DNA of 64,000 nucleotides, taken from assembly GCA_963734495.1 (NCBI GenBank), contig CAVTHK010000011.1:352001-416000 (forward strand), read 5' to 3'. Source of the DNA: an uncultured Spirochaetota bacterium (GTDB lineage Bacteria > Spirochaetota > Spirochaetia > SZUA-6 > CAVTHK01). The position numbers and the translations under genes were made by a program. Numbering within the stretch: the first letter of the stretch is position 1; each line of letters opens with the position of its first letter. The notes beneath the pieces are model-generated. The model worked only from the letters and a program-made list of their open reading frames with translations, made no database searches and had not been told where the DNA came from. Shown in pieces: positions 1 to 10,274 of this stretch.

Positions 1-385
1 GCTCCTGGCGGTGCCCATGCAGCAGCGCCAGGCGGCCCTGGCTCTGGGGGCCACGCAGTGGGAGGCGACGACGCAGGTCGTGCTGCCTCACGCCCGCAAG
101 GGCATCGTCGGCTCGATCTTTCTCGCCCTCGCGCGGGCGCTCGGAGAAACCATGGCCGTCACGATGGTGATCGGCAACGATCCTCGCATCACCTCCTCCC
201 TCTTCGCGCCGGGATACTCCATCGCCGCGGTGATCGCCAACGAGTTCACGGAGGCAACCGGCGACCTCTACGTCAACGCTCTCATCGAGCTGGCCCTGGT
301 GCTCTTCCTGCTGACGATCGTCATCAACGGGGTGGCGCGGCTGCTGATCCTGGCCACGGGCGGAGGAATGGGGGGGCGCGCATGA
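1..385 (+). CDS. pstC: Phosphate ABC permease PstC (5' truncated by window edge)
   Basis: AALALGATQWE and ARALGETMAVTMVIGN motifs; ATGA overlap with pstA. Confidence 0.93.
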   Translation, partial: LLAVPMQQRQAALALGATQWEATTQVVLPHARKGIVGSIFLALARALGETMAVTMVIGNDPRITSSLFAPGYSIAAVIANEFTEATGDLYVNALIELALVLFLLTIVINGVARLLILATGGGMGGRA

Positions 386-1227
386 ACCTGCGGCTCATCC
401 GGCGCAAGACCGTCAACGTGGTCATGCTGAGCCTGACCGCCCTGTGCGCCCTCGTGACCGCGGGCGTCCTCTTCTTCATCCTCGCGTACCTTGCGGTCAA
501 GGGCGCCGCGTCTCTGAACTGGGCGTTCCTCACGCAGCTCCCCAAACCGGTCGGGGAGGCGGGCGGGGGCATGGCCAACGCCATCGTGGGCAGCGCGAAG
601 CTCCTCCTGCTCGCTTCCCTCATCGGCCTGCCGATCGGCTTTCTGGGCGGGGTCTATCTCGCCGAGTTCGCGGGCAGGACCTCCGCGTTCCTGGTGCGCT
701 ACGCGACCGACCTCCTCAATGGCGTGCCGTCGATCGTCATGGGGATCTTCGCCTACGGACTGATCGTGCTGCGGGCCAGACACTTCTCCACGTTTGCCGG
801 AGGCTTCGCCCTCGGCATCATGATGATCCCGATCGCCGTGCGCAGCACGGAGGGCTTCCTGCTGGCCGTGCCGAAACGCCTGCGGGACGCTGCGCTGGCC
901 CTGGGCTCGAGCAAGGCGAGAACGATCGTCACCGTGGTCATCCCCGCCGCGCTCCGGGGGATCGTCACCGGCATCCTGCTCGACCTGGCGCGCGTGGCGG
1001 GAGAGACCGCGCCGCTGCTGTTCACCGCGTTCAGCAACAGGTTCTGGAGCCCGGGCTGGAGTCACCCGACAGCGTCGCTTCCGGTGATGATCTTTACCTA
1101 CGCGATCGCTCCCTACGACGACTGGCACCGCCAGGCGTGGGCCGCGGGCCTCGTCCTGCTCGCCCTGGTGCTGGTGATCAACGTGACCGCGCGCGTGATT
1201 CTGGCCCGGCGACTTACCGTCAAGTAG
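382..1227 (+). CDS. pstA: Phosphate ABC permease PstA
   Basis: MNLRLIRRK start at 382; GGMANAIVGS, GVPSIVMG, ARVAGETAPLLFT motifs. Confidence 0.95.
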   Translation: MNLRLIRRKTVNVVMLSLTALCALVTAGVLFFILAYLAVKGAASLNWAFLTQLPKPVGEAGGGMANAIVGSAKLLLLASLIGLPIGFLGGVYLAEFAGRTSAFLVRYATDLLNGVPSIVMGIFAYGLIVLRARHFSTFAGGFALGIMMIPIAVRSTEGFLLAVPKRLRDAALALGSSKARTIVTVVIPAALRGIVTGILLDLARVAGETAPLLFTAFSNRFWSPGWSHPTASLPVMIFTYAIAPYDDWHRQAWAAGLVLLALVLVINVTARVILARRLTVK

Positions 1228-1237
1228 GTGGTGAGCA

Positions 1238-2101
1238 ATGGATGACGCGAGTCAGAGAGGGGTGGTGATGGATCGAGCGGCTGCACAGGACCTGCCACTG
1301 CTCCGGCCGCAGGTTCGGACCAGGGCGTCCGAGCCCGCGCAGCTCGAGGCCGTGGTCGAGACAAAGGCTCTCACGATACACTACGGCGAGAGGGTCGCCG
1401 TGCGGGAGATCACGCTGCCGTTCTACCGCAACCTCATCACCGCGGTCATCGGTCCGTCCGGCTGCGGCAAGTCGACGCTGTTGCGGTCCCTCAACCGTAT
1501 GAACGACACCATTGCCGGCGCCGCCGTGGACGGCCGCGTGTCCCTCGACGGCGAGGACATCTACGCTCCCCAGTACGACGTGATCAGCCTGCGCCGCCGC
1601 GTCGGGATGGTCTTTCAGCAGCCGAACCCCTTTCCCAAGTCCATCTTCGACAACGTGGCCTTCGGCGTCCGCGTCAACGGGCTGGCGCGCTCCCGGGCCG
1701 ACCTCGACGACCGCGTCGAGGCCGCTCTGCGATCGGCCGCCCTGTGGGACGACGTCAAGGAGCGTCTCCGCCGCAGCGCGCTGGAGCTCTCGGGCGGCGA
1801 GCAGCAGCGGCTGTGCATCGCACGCGCTCTCGCGGTCAAGCCCGAGGTGCTGCTGATGGACGAGCCGGCCTCGGCGCTCGATCCCGTCTCCACGGCGAAG
1901 ATCGAGGACCTGATGTTCGAGCTCAAGAAGAGCTACACGATGGTCATCGTCACGCACAACATGCAGCAGGCCGCGCGCGTCAGCGATCGAACCGCCTTTC
2001 TGCTGAGCGGCGTCCTCGTGGAGTTCAGCCCCACGACCCAGCTTTTCACCAGGCCCGCCGACCCGCGCACCGAGGCCTACGTCACCGGCCGCTTCGGATG
2101 A
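1238..2101 (+). CDS. pstB: Phosphate ABC ATPase PstB (canonical motifs; start may be 1268)
   Basis: [56 protein letters not shown]-terminal YVTGRFG. Confidence 0.96.
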   Translation: MDDASQRGVVMDRAAAQDLPLLRPQVRTRASEPAQLEAVVETKALTIHYGERVAVREITLPFYRNLITAVIGPSGCGKSTLLRSLNRMNDTIAGAAVDGRVSLDGEDIYAPQYDVISLRRRVGMVFQQPNPFPKSIFDNVAFGVRVNGLARSRADLDDRVEAALRSAALWDDVKERLRRSALELSGGEQQRLCIARALAVKPEVLLMDEPASALDPVSTAKIEDLMFELKKSYTMVIVTHNMQQAARVSDRTAFLLSGVLVEFSPTTQLFTRPADPRTEAYVTGRFG

Positions 2102-2120
2102 TGGCGAGGGAGGAGACCGG

Positions 2121-2777
2121 ATGTCCGTTCGCGCCCACTACCAGGAGAGCCTCGCGCGGCTGCACGGCGGGATCCTCGAGCTCGCGACCTACGTCGAGGG
2201 CGAGCTGCAGAAGGCGCTGGCCGCCCTCCTCCGCCAGGACACGGTTCTCGCCGGCGAGATCCTGCGCGAGGACCCCGAGGTCGGCAGGCGCCAGCTCGAG
2301 GTCGAAGACCAGTGCATCACGCTCATCGCCACCGAGCAGCCGGTCGCGCGCGACCTGCGCGAGCTGATGGCGTCGATGAAGATCGTGTCCAACCTCGAGC
2401 GCATCGGAGACCATGCGGTCCACCTGGCCGAGGTGGCGATCCGGCACGCGGGAGAGACCTACCTCGGCGCCATCGCCGACGTGGAGAGGATGGCCCATCT
2501 CGGGATCGCGATGCTTCGCGACGCGATGAACGCGTTTCGCGACCGTGACTCGGCGGCCGCCAGGGCCGTGGCCGCCCGCGACGACGAGATCGACGCGCTG
2601 CACGACAGGCTGGTGCAGAGGCTGCTGAACGACATGTACGCGAACCGGGACAACATCGGGCAGGCGTTGTCGCTTCTGACGCTCACGCGCTTTCTCGAAC
2701 GGCTCGGCGACCACGTCGCGAGCATGTGCGAGTGGACCTGCTACGGGATCGAGGGCGAGCACGTGCGGCTCAAGTGA
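2121..2777 (+). CDS. phoU: Phosphate signalling protein PhoU
   Basis: QPVARDLR, LERIGDHA, DDEID, LERLGDH repeats; AGGAG RBS. Confidence 0.95.
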   Translation: MSVRAHYQESLARLHGGILELATYVEGELQKALAALLRQDTVLAGEILREDPEVGRRQLEVEDQCITLIATEQPVARDLRELMASMKIVSNLERIGDHAVHLAEVAIRHAGETYLGAIADVERMAHLGIAMLRDAMNAFRDRDSAAARAVAARDDEIDALHDRLVQRLLNDMYANRDNIGQALSLLTLTRFLERLGDHVASMCEWTCYGIEGEHVRLK

Positions 2778-2810
2778 GCGCGGCGCTCATCGGCGGCCCC
2801 ATGGGTCCGC

Positions 2811-2839
2811 TTGAACCGCGGCGGTCGGACGGCTAATCT
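2811..2839 (+). promoter_or_regulatory. Putative sigma70 promoter for phoBR
   Basis: TTGAAC-17 nt-TAATCT in the phoU-phoB gap. Confidence 0.5.
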
Positions 2840-2855
2840 GTCGCGAGGGGTGCCG

Positions 2856-3548
2856 ATGGCCAGGGAGCGGATCCTCGTCGTGGAAGACGAGGCGAGCATC
2901 CTCGAGCTGATCGCCTTCAACCTCACGAAGGAGGGCTTCGAGGTCCGGGGCGCACGCTCCGGAGAGGAGGCGCTGCGCGCGCTCGCCGAAGAGCGTCCCG
3001 CGCTGATCCTTCTCGACCTCATGCTGCCTGGCACCGACGGGCTGGAAGTCTGCAGGCGCGTGCGAGCCGAGAGCGCGACAGCCGCGGTGCCCGTGATCAT
3101 GGTTACGGCGAAGGGCGAGGAGTCGGACATCGTGCGCGGTCTCGACGCGGGCGCCGACGACTACCTCACCAAGCCTTTCAGCCCGCGCGTGCTGGTCGCA
3201 CGCGTCAAGGCCGTCCTTCGCAGGCGGGGCCGGGCTGCTCCGCCGGCTGCCGAGCCCGCGATCGTCCGCGGCGGCCTCAGCATCCATACCGGCAGGCACG
3301 ACGTGCGGGTAGCCGGCCGCGAGGTGCCCCTCACGAGCATGGAGTTCCAGCTCCTCGTGTTCCTCGCCTCGCACGCGGGCTGGGTCTACACGCGAGCGCA
3401 GATCGTGGAGGCGATCCGGGGCGCCGACTACTACGTCACGGACCGGTCGGTCGACGTCCTCGTGTTCGGGCTGAGGCGCAAGCTCGGAGAACGGGGCGTC
3501 CTGATCGAGACCGTGCGAGGCGTAGGCTACCGGTTCAAGGAGGAGTAG
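2856..3548 (+). CDS. phoB: OmpR-family response regulator PhoB/PhoP
   Basis: ILVVEDE, LLDLMLPGTDG, GADDYLTKPF, IETVRGVGY; adjacent to pst and phoU. Confidence 0.9.
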   Translation: MARERILVVEDEASILELIAFNLTKEGFEVRGARSGEEALRALAEERPALILLDLMLPGTDGLEVCRRVRAESATAAVPVIMVTAKGEESDIVRGLDAGADDYLTKPFSPRVLVARVKAVLRRRGRAAPPAAEPAIVRGGLSIHTGRHDVRVAGREVPLTSMEFQLLVFLASHAGWVYTRAQIVEAIRGADYYVTDRSVDVLVFGLRRKLGERGVLIETVRGVGYRFKEE

Positions 3549-5306
3549 GTGAAGGGCCGCTTGCCGCTCGCTTTCGCGCTCGTCCTCAAGGGGACGCTGT
3601 TGACGGCGGCAGCCGTGGCCGCGGTGTCGCTGCTCAACGTCGGCGCATTTCGCGAGTTCCAGCTCTCCGCCGTGGCGCGGGAGCTCATCCGGGAGGCGCA
3701 CCTGCTCGAGGCACCGGTGCTCGAGGCGCTGGGACAGCCCGAAGCCCTCCAGGCGTTGGCCCTCGAAGTCTTCGCAAGCGCCCGCATCCGCGTGACCGTG
3801 ATCCGGACGAACGGAGTCGTCGCAGCCGACTCCGAAGCGGACCCTGCCGTCATGGACAACCACGCCCGCCGGCCGGAGGTCGCGGCTGCGCTTTCCGGCC
3901 GCGCCGGGACGTCGGTGAGGAAGAGCAAGACGATCGGCGAGAGCCTTGTGTACGCCGCCGTCCCGATCGTCCGGGGCGGCGGCACGATCGCGGTCCTGCG
4001 CACCTCGCAGACGGTCGCGGCGGTCCGGGCCGAGCTGGGTCCGTTGTGGCTCCGCAGCGCCGTCGGGGGCCTCGCGGTGTTCCTGCTCGCCACCCTCGTG
4101 TTCCTGCGGACCGCCGCCTCCATCACGCGGCCGATCGGCGAGCTCACCGAGGCGGCGCTCCGGCTGCGCGCGGGGGAGCTCGATCGCCGCGTTCGGGTCC
4201 GCGAACCGGCGGAGCTCGCGACGCTCGCTGACGCCTTCAATGAGATGGCGGCCGAGCTGCAGGGCCGCATCGTCACGGTCCTTCGGCAGAACGCCCTCGT
4301 CGAAACCATCTTTGCCAGCATACCTGACGGGATCATCGCCATCGATCCGCAGGGCGCCATCATGGACCTCAACGACGCCGCGGCCGCGCAGCTCGGCGTC
4401 GCCCGCGTCGAGGCGCGAGGCCGCAGCGTGAGCGCGGTCGTGCGCAACCGGGAGATCCTGGAGTTCATCCGCAGGGCCCGGGCCGCGTCAGGGCCGATCG
4501 AGGAGAGCCTCACGCTCTACGGGGAGCGCGAGCAGAGTCTCCGCATCCGGGCCGCGGCGCTCGGCGACGCCGCTGTCACGGGACTGCTCGTCGTGTTTCA
4601 CGACGTGACGCTGCTGCGGAGGCTCGAGACCCTGCGCAGGGACTTCGCCGCCAACGTCTCGCACGAGCTCCGGACCCCGATCACCTCGATCAAGGGCTTC
4701 ATCGAGACGCTGCAGGACGGAGCAGGGTCGGACCCGGCGAACGCGACGAGGTTCCTCGCGATCATCGCGAAGGAGGCCGACCGGCTGGAGGCGATCGTCG
4801 AAGACCTGATGAGCCTGGCGAGACTGGACCAGGCGGAAGAGCGGGGCGACATCGACCTGGCGGAGATCGGCGTCCGGGGAGTCCTCGAATCGGCCATCGA
4901 GGCATGCGGCGAGGCTGCGCGGGCCCGGGGGATCGTCGTCGAGCTCGACTGCCGCGGCGAGCCTTGGGTCCGCGCCAACGCCGCTCTCCTCGAGCGCGCC
5001 GTGGTCAATCTCGTCGACAACGCTATCAAGTACTCGCCCGAGGGCGGGCAGGTCACGGTGTCCGCCGCCCGCGGCGAGCGCGGCCTCGCGATCACCGTCA
5101 GGGACTCGGGATGCGGCATCTCAGCGGAGCATCTGCCGCGGATTTTCGAGCGCTTCTACCGGGTCGACCGGGCGCGAAGCCGCGACCTCGGCGGAACGGG
5201 TCTCGGCCTCGCCATCGTCAAGCACGTGGCCCAGGCGCACGGCGGCGCCGTCACGGTCGAGAGCGAGGTCGGGCGGGGGAGCACCTTCACCATCCACCTC
5301 CCCTGA
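3549..5306 (+). CDS. phoR: Sensor histidine kinase PhoR (HAMP-PAS-HisKA-HATPase)
   Basis: MDNHARRPEV, FAANVSHELRTP, NLVDNAIKYS, FERFYRVDRARSR, GGTGLGLAIVKH. Confidence 0.92.
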   Translation: MKGRLPLAFALVLKGTLLTAAAVAAVSLLNVGAFREFQLSAVARELIREAHLLEAPVLEALGQPEALQALALEVFASARIRVTVIRTNGVVAADSEADPAVMDNHARRPEVAAALSGRAGTSVRKSKTIGESLVYAAVPIVRGGGTIAVLRTSQTVAAVRAELGPLWLRSAVGGLAVFLLATLVFLRTAASITRPIGELTEAALRLRAGELDRRVRVREPAELATLADAFNEMAAELQGRIVTVLRQNALVETIFASIPDGIIAIDPQGAIMDLNDAAAAQLGVARVEARGRSVSAVVRNREILEFIRRARAASGPIEESLTLYGEREQSLRIRAAALGDAAVTGLLVVFHDVTLLRRLETLRRDFAANVSHELRTPITSIKGFIETLQDGAGSDPANATRFLAIIAKEADRLEAIVEDLMSLARLDQAEERGDIDLAEIGVRGVLESAIEACGEAARARGIVVELDCRGEPWVRANAALLERAVVNLVDNAIKYSPEGGQVTVSAARGERGLAITVRDSGCGISAEHLPRIFERFYRVDRARSRDLGGTGLGLAIVKHVAQAHGGAVTVESEVGRGSTFTIHLP

Positions 5307-5311
5307 CTGCC

Positions 5312-5351
5312 GGCGCGGCGTGCGGTCGGCCCGCCGCGCCCGTTTGTTGTT
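5312..5351 (+). terminator. Intrinsic terminator after phoR
   Basis: GGCGCGGCG...CGCCGCGCC stem followed by T-rich TTTGTTGTT. Confidence 0.55.
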
Positions 5352-5378
5352 GACCCCCGATAGGCCGCTGCTTATTTT
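5350..5378 (+). promoter_or_regulatory. Putative sigma70 promoter for sugar ABC operon 1
   Basis: TTGACC-17 nt-TATTTT in a locally AT-rich stretch. Confidence 0.55.
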
Positions 5379-5538
5379 GAATTTCTATGGGACGTGGCTC
5401 GTCCACATCCAGCGCAAGTCTTTGCTTTCCATTCGAAGATCCGCGTGCCGCCTCGTCCGTCCCCGCGTGCAGAGGCCCTGGCTTCGGCCGCGGGCGCCGG
5501 CACGGGCGGGGCGGCCTGACGATCTACAGGAGGAGAAA

Positions 5539-6873
5539 ATGACGAGAGGAGTGGCTTTCGCTGTCTCTCTGTCGCTGCTCGCGGCCGGTCTTCTGTTCGC
5601 CGGAGGCGCAAAGGAGAATAGCGCGACCGGCCCGGTGACCATCACGTTCTGGACCTCGCACACGCCGCCCGACTCCGACACGCTCAAGGCGATGGTCGAC
5701 ACGTGGAACAAAGCGAACCCCGGACATCCAGGCTCAGTTCGTGCAGGTGCCCGGGTCCGAGACCGACGTCGCCAAGCTCATGACGGCGGTGCGCGGGGGC
5801 ACGGGCCCCGACGTTTACTTCCTCGACCGGTTCACCGCCGCGCAGCGCGCGGCCTCGGGGGTGCTCGAGGACCTCACCCCGATGATCCAGAAGACCGACC
5901 CCAACCTGGCCTCCAGGTACGTCGGCTACGCGTGGGGCGAGACGCAGCTCAAGGGCAAGACCTACGCGCTGCCGTTCGACACCGACTCGCGCGTGCTGTA
6001 CTACAACAAGGACATGATCAAGGCCGCCGGGTTCGATCCCGCACTCGGCGATCCGAAGAATGGCCCGCTCACGCTCGACCAGGTCGCGGCAGGTCGCCTT
6101 CGCGATCAACAAGACCGACGCGAGCGGCAACTACACCCAGGTGGGCTTCATCCCCTACGACACCACGTACTCCCAGGGGTGGCACTACACCTGGGGCTTC
6201 GACTTCGGCGGCAGGTTCGCCGACCTCGCCGCCGGCAAGGTGACGCCGGCCGACCCCGGCATCGTCAAGGCGTTCCAGTTCCTCAAGGACTGGGCGGCCG
6301 CGATGGGCCCGCAGAAGGTGCAGACGTTCATCAGCACCTACGCTCCGCCCAACAACCCGCCCCAGCAGCACCCGTTCCTGATCGGCAAGGTGGCGATGAT
6401 GGTGAGCGGCGACTGGGTGCTGAACTCGATCCGGCAGTACGCCCCGAACCTCAACTACGGCGTGACCTACATCCCCGTGCCGAACAAGGGCGACAAGCCC
6501 TCGACCTGGGCCGGCGGCTGGTCGCTGGTGATCCCGACGGGGTCCAAGCACCCGGCCGAGGCCTTTCAGTTCCTGAGCTGGATGTGCGGACCCGACGGCC
6601 AGAAGATGTACACCACGGGCACGCTGCACCTGCCTACCTGGAAGGCGCTGCTCGACGACATCGAGCCTCTTCGACCCGCAGCACCTGTTCTTCAAGCAGC
6701 TGCTGTCCGTCGCTTACAGCCGCCCGGCGCTGCCCGTCGGCGCGCTGTACTGGGATGCCCTCACGCAGGCGGAGAACGCGGTGACGCTCAACCAGGCCGA
6801 TCCGCAGGCGGCGCTCCAGCAGGTCGCGGACCAGGTGAACCCGCAGCTGCAGCCGTTCCTCCCGCTGCAGTAG
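5539..6873 (+). CDS. Sugar ABC (CUT1) substrate-binding protein; frameshifts near 5720, 6090 and 6665
   Basis: AGGAGG RBS; signal peptide ending LFAGGAKE; YALPFDTDSRVLYYNKD, WAGGWSLVIP pieces spread over successive frames. Confidence 0.85.
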
Positions 6874-6928
6874 AGTCGCGGCGGGCGGGAGCGCCGGCCC
6901 TTCCGCCCGCGTCCGCCGCCCGCAAAGG

Positions 6929-6965
6929 GGGGCTGGGGACCTTGCGGGACGCAAGGTCGTAGGAG
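6929..6965 (+). promoter_or_regulatory. Candidate cis-acting hairpin motif, copy 1
   Basis: GGGGCTGGG-GACCTTGCG-gga-CGCAAGGTC-GTAGGAG; second copy at 16383-16444. Confidence 0.45.
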
Positions 6966-6970
6966 CGGTC

Positions 6971-7868
6971 ATGACGAGAACGGAGCTGCGGCGCGTGCGC
7001 GACGGGCTGCTTTTCGTGAGCCCGTGGATCGTCGGGTTCGCCGCGTTCCAGATCTACCCCATCCTCTATTCGCTGCGCCTGAGCTTCACTCGCTACTCCG
7101 GGTTCGGCAAGGCGATCGACATCGGGCTCGAGAACTTCGCGAGGCTCCTGCACGATCCCCTCTTCTGGCTCTCCGCCTGGAACACGCTCTACTACACGGC
7201 CCTCGCGGTCCCGATCGGCGTCGTCGTGGCGATCGTGCTCGCCCTCGCTATGAACCAGCACGTGAGAGAGGTGTCCATCTACCGGGCCATGCTGTACGTG
7301 CCCTCGATCCTGCCGGTCTTCGCTCTCTCCTTTGTCTGGGTGGTGTTCGTCAACCCGAGGTACGGGATCTTCAGCTACGCGCTTCAGCTCCTCGGCCTCC
7401 CGGTCATCGACTGGATCGGCGACCCGAAGTGGACCAGGCTCTCGATCGTGATCCTCGCGCAGCTCGGGCGCGGGAGGGCCCGCTCTCATCTTTCTCGCCG
7501 GCCTGCGGGCGATCCCGATCGAGCTGTACGAGTCCGCGCAGATCGACGGGGCGGGCCCGATGACGCGCTTCTTCTCGATCACGCTGCCGCTGATCACGCC
7601 CGTGATCCTGTACGACATCATCCTCGGCCTGAGCCTCGGTCTCCAGGTGTTCACGCAGGCCTACATCATCACCAGCGGCGGGGCGAACATGGCGGGGCCG
7701 CTGAACTCGCTGCTGTTCTACGTTTTCTACGTGTACAAGACCGCGTTCCAGTACACGCAGATGGGGTACGCGTCGGCGCTCGTCTGGGTCCTCTTCGTCG
7801 TCAGCCTCGCGCTGGCCCTCGCGGTGTTCCGCTGGGCGAAGCGGTGGGTCCACTATGAGATCAGCTGA
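6971..7868 (+). CDS. Sugar ABC permease (MalF-like); frameshift near 7470
   Basis: FVSPWIVGF, IGLENF, ELYESAQIDGAG (EAA motif), ITLPLITP. Confidence 0.88.
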
Positions 7869-8766
7869 AGCCGCGGAAGCCGTGACCGCGGCGGCGCCCG
7901 CGACGCGGGCGGCGGCGGGAAGCGCACGGCGCAAACCGGTCGGGCGCGTTCTCGCGACGAGCGTGCTGCCGCGTGTCGTCCTCGTCCTGATGTGCCTCGT
8001 CTACGTCGCGCCGTTCTACTGGATGGCGACCACGTCGCTGAAGACTTCGAGCGAGCTGTCGGCCTTTCCGCCCACGCTCTGGCCCCGTTCGTTCGACTTC
8101 GGCAACTACATCGCGGCGGTGAACTACATCCCGTTCATGCGGTTCACGCTGAATTCGCTCATCCTCGCCGCGGGCGCCATGGCCGGCGCCGTCGTCTCGA
8201 ACTCCCTGATCGCCTACGGCTTTTCCCGCATCGAGTGGAAGGGGCGCGACGCGCTCTTCTACGTCGCGATCGCGACGGTATTCATCCCGTTTCCGGTGAC
8301 GATCGTCGCGCTCTTCGACATCTTCGCGAAGCTCGGCTGGATCAACACGTTCTATCCGCTGATCGTGCCCACGTTCTTCGGCCACGCCTTCTACATGTTC
8401 CTGATCCGGCAGTTCCTCATGGGCATCCCCAGGGAGCTCTCGGACGCCGCCCGCATGGATGGCGCGGGCGAGGGCGGCATCTTTGCCGGTGTGATCCTCC
8501 CGCTCATGAAGCCCGCGCTGGCGGTCGTCGCGATCTTCGCCGCGGTGAACGCGTGGAACGACTTCCTCACGCCGCTGATCTACCTGCACACCGAGCTCCG
8601 GTACCCGCTGGCGATCGGCCTGCAGTTCTACAAGGCGGAGCACAACGTCGCGTTCAACCTCCTCATGGCGGCCTCAACGCTCGTGGTGCTGCCCGTGATC
8701 GCGCTCTTTCTCCTCTTCCAGCGCTTCTTTGTCGAAGGGGTGACGGTGGGAGCGATCAAGGGTTAG
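7855..8766 (+). CDS. Sugar ABC permease (MalG-like)
   Basis: IPRELSDAARMDGA, WNDFLTPLIY, FQRFFVEGV...GAIKG. Confidence 0.93.
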   Translation: MRSAEAAEAVTAAAPATRAAAGSARRKPVGRVLATSVLPRVVLVLMCLVYVAPFYWMATTSLKTSSELSAFPPTLWPRSFDFGNYIAAVNYIPFMRFTLNSLILAAGAMAGAVVSNSLIAYGFSRIEWKGRDALFYVAIATVFIPFPVTIVALFDIFAKLGWINTFYPLIVPTFFGHAFYMFLIRQFLMGIPRELSDAARMDGAGEGGIFAGVILPLMKPALAVVAIFAAVNAWNDFLTPLIYLHTELRYPLAIGLQFYKAEHNVAFNLLMAASTLVVLPVIALFLLFQRFFVEGVTVGAIKG

Positions 8767-8809
8767 CCGCGGCCCCTGCCGCGCGGTCGCCGGCCCGCCG
8801 GGCGCGAGG

Positions 8810-9475
8810 TCAGCCGGTACGCTCCGCTCCGTGCCTGACGTCCTTTCCTTCGGCCACGAAGATGGCGTTCTCCGCGATGTTCTTGGCGTGGTCGCCGATG
8901 CGCTCGAGGTTCCTGGACAGGAGGGCGATATCCAAGGCCCAGCGCGCGTGCGAAGGGTCGCGCTCCATCAGGGCGAGAGCGCTCAGGGTCACCTGAGCCT
9001 TGCCCTCGTTGAGCGCCCGGTCGCGTTCGAGGACGGCGCGGGCCCGCTCGGGCGCCCGCTCCACGTATGCGTGCAGGCTCTCCTTGACCATCTCTGACGC
9101 GATTTCGGCCATGCGAGGGATATGCCGAAACTCGCCCAGGGGCTTTTCCTTCTGGAGCCGCTCCGCCTTGTGACATATGTTCACCGCGAGATCGGCCAGG
9201 CGCTCCAGGTCGACGTTCGTCTTGACGGCGCCGATGATGTAGCGCAGATCCGACGCCGCAGGCTGAAAGAGGGCGATCATCCGCAGGCAGATCTCGTCCA
9301 CCTCGATCTGCAGGTGGTTGACCCGGTCTTCGTACTTGTAGACTTCGGCTGCCGCGGAAGCGTCCCGGTCGACGAGGGCGGCGATCGCCCTGGCAATCAT
9401 CGACTCGGCGCAGGCGCTCATCTCCAGAAGCCTGTTCTTGAGGTCGGAGAGGTATTCGTCCATGTGACGTTCCAC
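8810..9475 (-). CDS. phoU: PhoU, second copy
   Basis: QPAASDLR, DLERLADLA, NLERIGDHAKNIAE. Confidence 0.93.
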   Translation of the reverse strand: MERHMDEYLSDLKNRLLEMSACAESMIARAIAALVDRDASAAAEVYKYEDRVNHLQIEVDEICLRMIALFQPAASDLRYIIGAVKTNVDLERLADLAVNICHKAERLQKEKPLGEFRHIPRMAEIASEMVKESLHAYVERAPERARAVLERDRALNEGKAQVTLSALALMERDPSHARWALDIALLSRNLERIGDHAKNIAENAIFVAEGKDVRHGAERTG

Positions 9476-9487
9476 GCTTGTCTCCTC

Positions 9488-10264
9488 TCAGCCGTAACGG
9501 CCGCTGATGTAGTCCTGAGTGCGGCTGTCGGTCGGGGTCGTGAACAGCCGCGCCGTCTCGCCGAACTCGACCATGCGGCCGAGCAGCATGTAGCCGCATG
9601 CGTCGGAGATGCGGGCGGCCTGGTGCATGTTGTGCGTGACGATCAGGATCGTGTACGACACCTTGAGCGCCAGCATCAGCTCCTCGATCCGCGCCGTGGC
9701 GATCGGGTCGAGGGCCGAGCACGGCTCGTCCATCAGGATGACTTCGGGCTGCACCGCGATCAGCCGCGCGATGCACAGGCGCTGCTGCTGGTCCAGCGGC
9801 AGGCCGAGCGCCGGGGCGTCGAGGCGGTCGCGCAGCTGGTCCCACAGCCAGGCGGCCGTGAGGCTCCGCTCCACCTGTTCGGCCAGCACCCTCCGGCTGC
9901 GCTCGCCCGCCACCACGAGCCCGAAGGCGACGTTGTCGAAGACGGAGAGGGGGAAGGGGTTGGGTCTCTGGAACACCATTCCCACCCGCTTGCGGAGGAG
10001 CGAGACATCCACCTGCGGCGCGTAGACGTCGGCGCCTTCGAGCAGCACCCGGCCGCCGGTCCGCACACCGCTGATCAGGTCGTTCATGCGGTTCATGCTG
10101 CGCAGCAGCGTCGACTTGCCGCATCCCGAAGGCCCGATCAGCGCCGTGATCCTGCGATCCTCGACCCGGAGGTCCACGTCGATCAGCGCATGGAACGACC
10201 CGTAGTGCAGATCGAAATGGGATACCTCCATCTTGACCGCGCCGGCCGGATCGACCCCCATCAC
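9488..10264 (-). CDS. pstB: PstB paralogue with degenerate ABC signature (LPLDQ)
   Basis: [43 protein letters not shown]; signature reads LPLDQQQR. Confidence 0.92.
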   Translation of the reverse strand: MMGVDPAGAVKMEVSHFDLHYGSFHALIDVDLRVEDRRITALIGPSGCGKSTLLRSMNRMNDLISGVRTGGRVLLEGADVYAPQVDVSLLRKRVGMVFQRPNPFPLSVFDNVAFGLVVAGERSRRVLAEQVERSLTAAWLWDQLRDRLDAPALGLPLDQQQRLCIARLIAVQPEVILMDEPCSALDPIATARIEELMLALKVSYTILIVTHNMHQAARISDACGYMLLGRMVEFGETARLFTTPTDSRTQDYISGRYG

Positions 10265-10274
10265 AGCGATCCTC

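Noticed and set aside
5539-6873. Programmed frameshifting or phase variation in transporter genes
   Set aside because: No consistent slippery heptamer or long simple-sequence repeat; indels are scattered over all gene classes.
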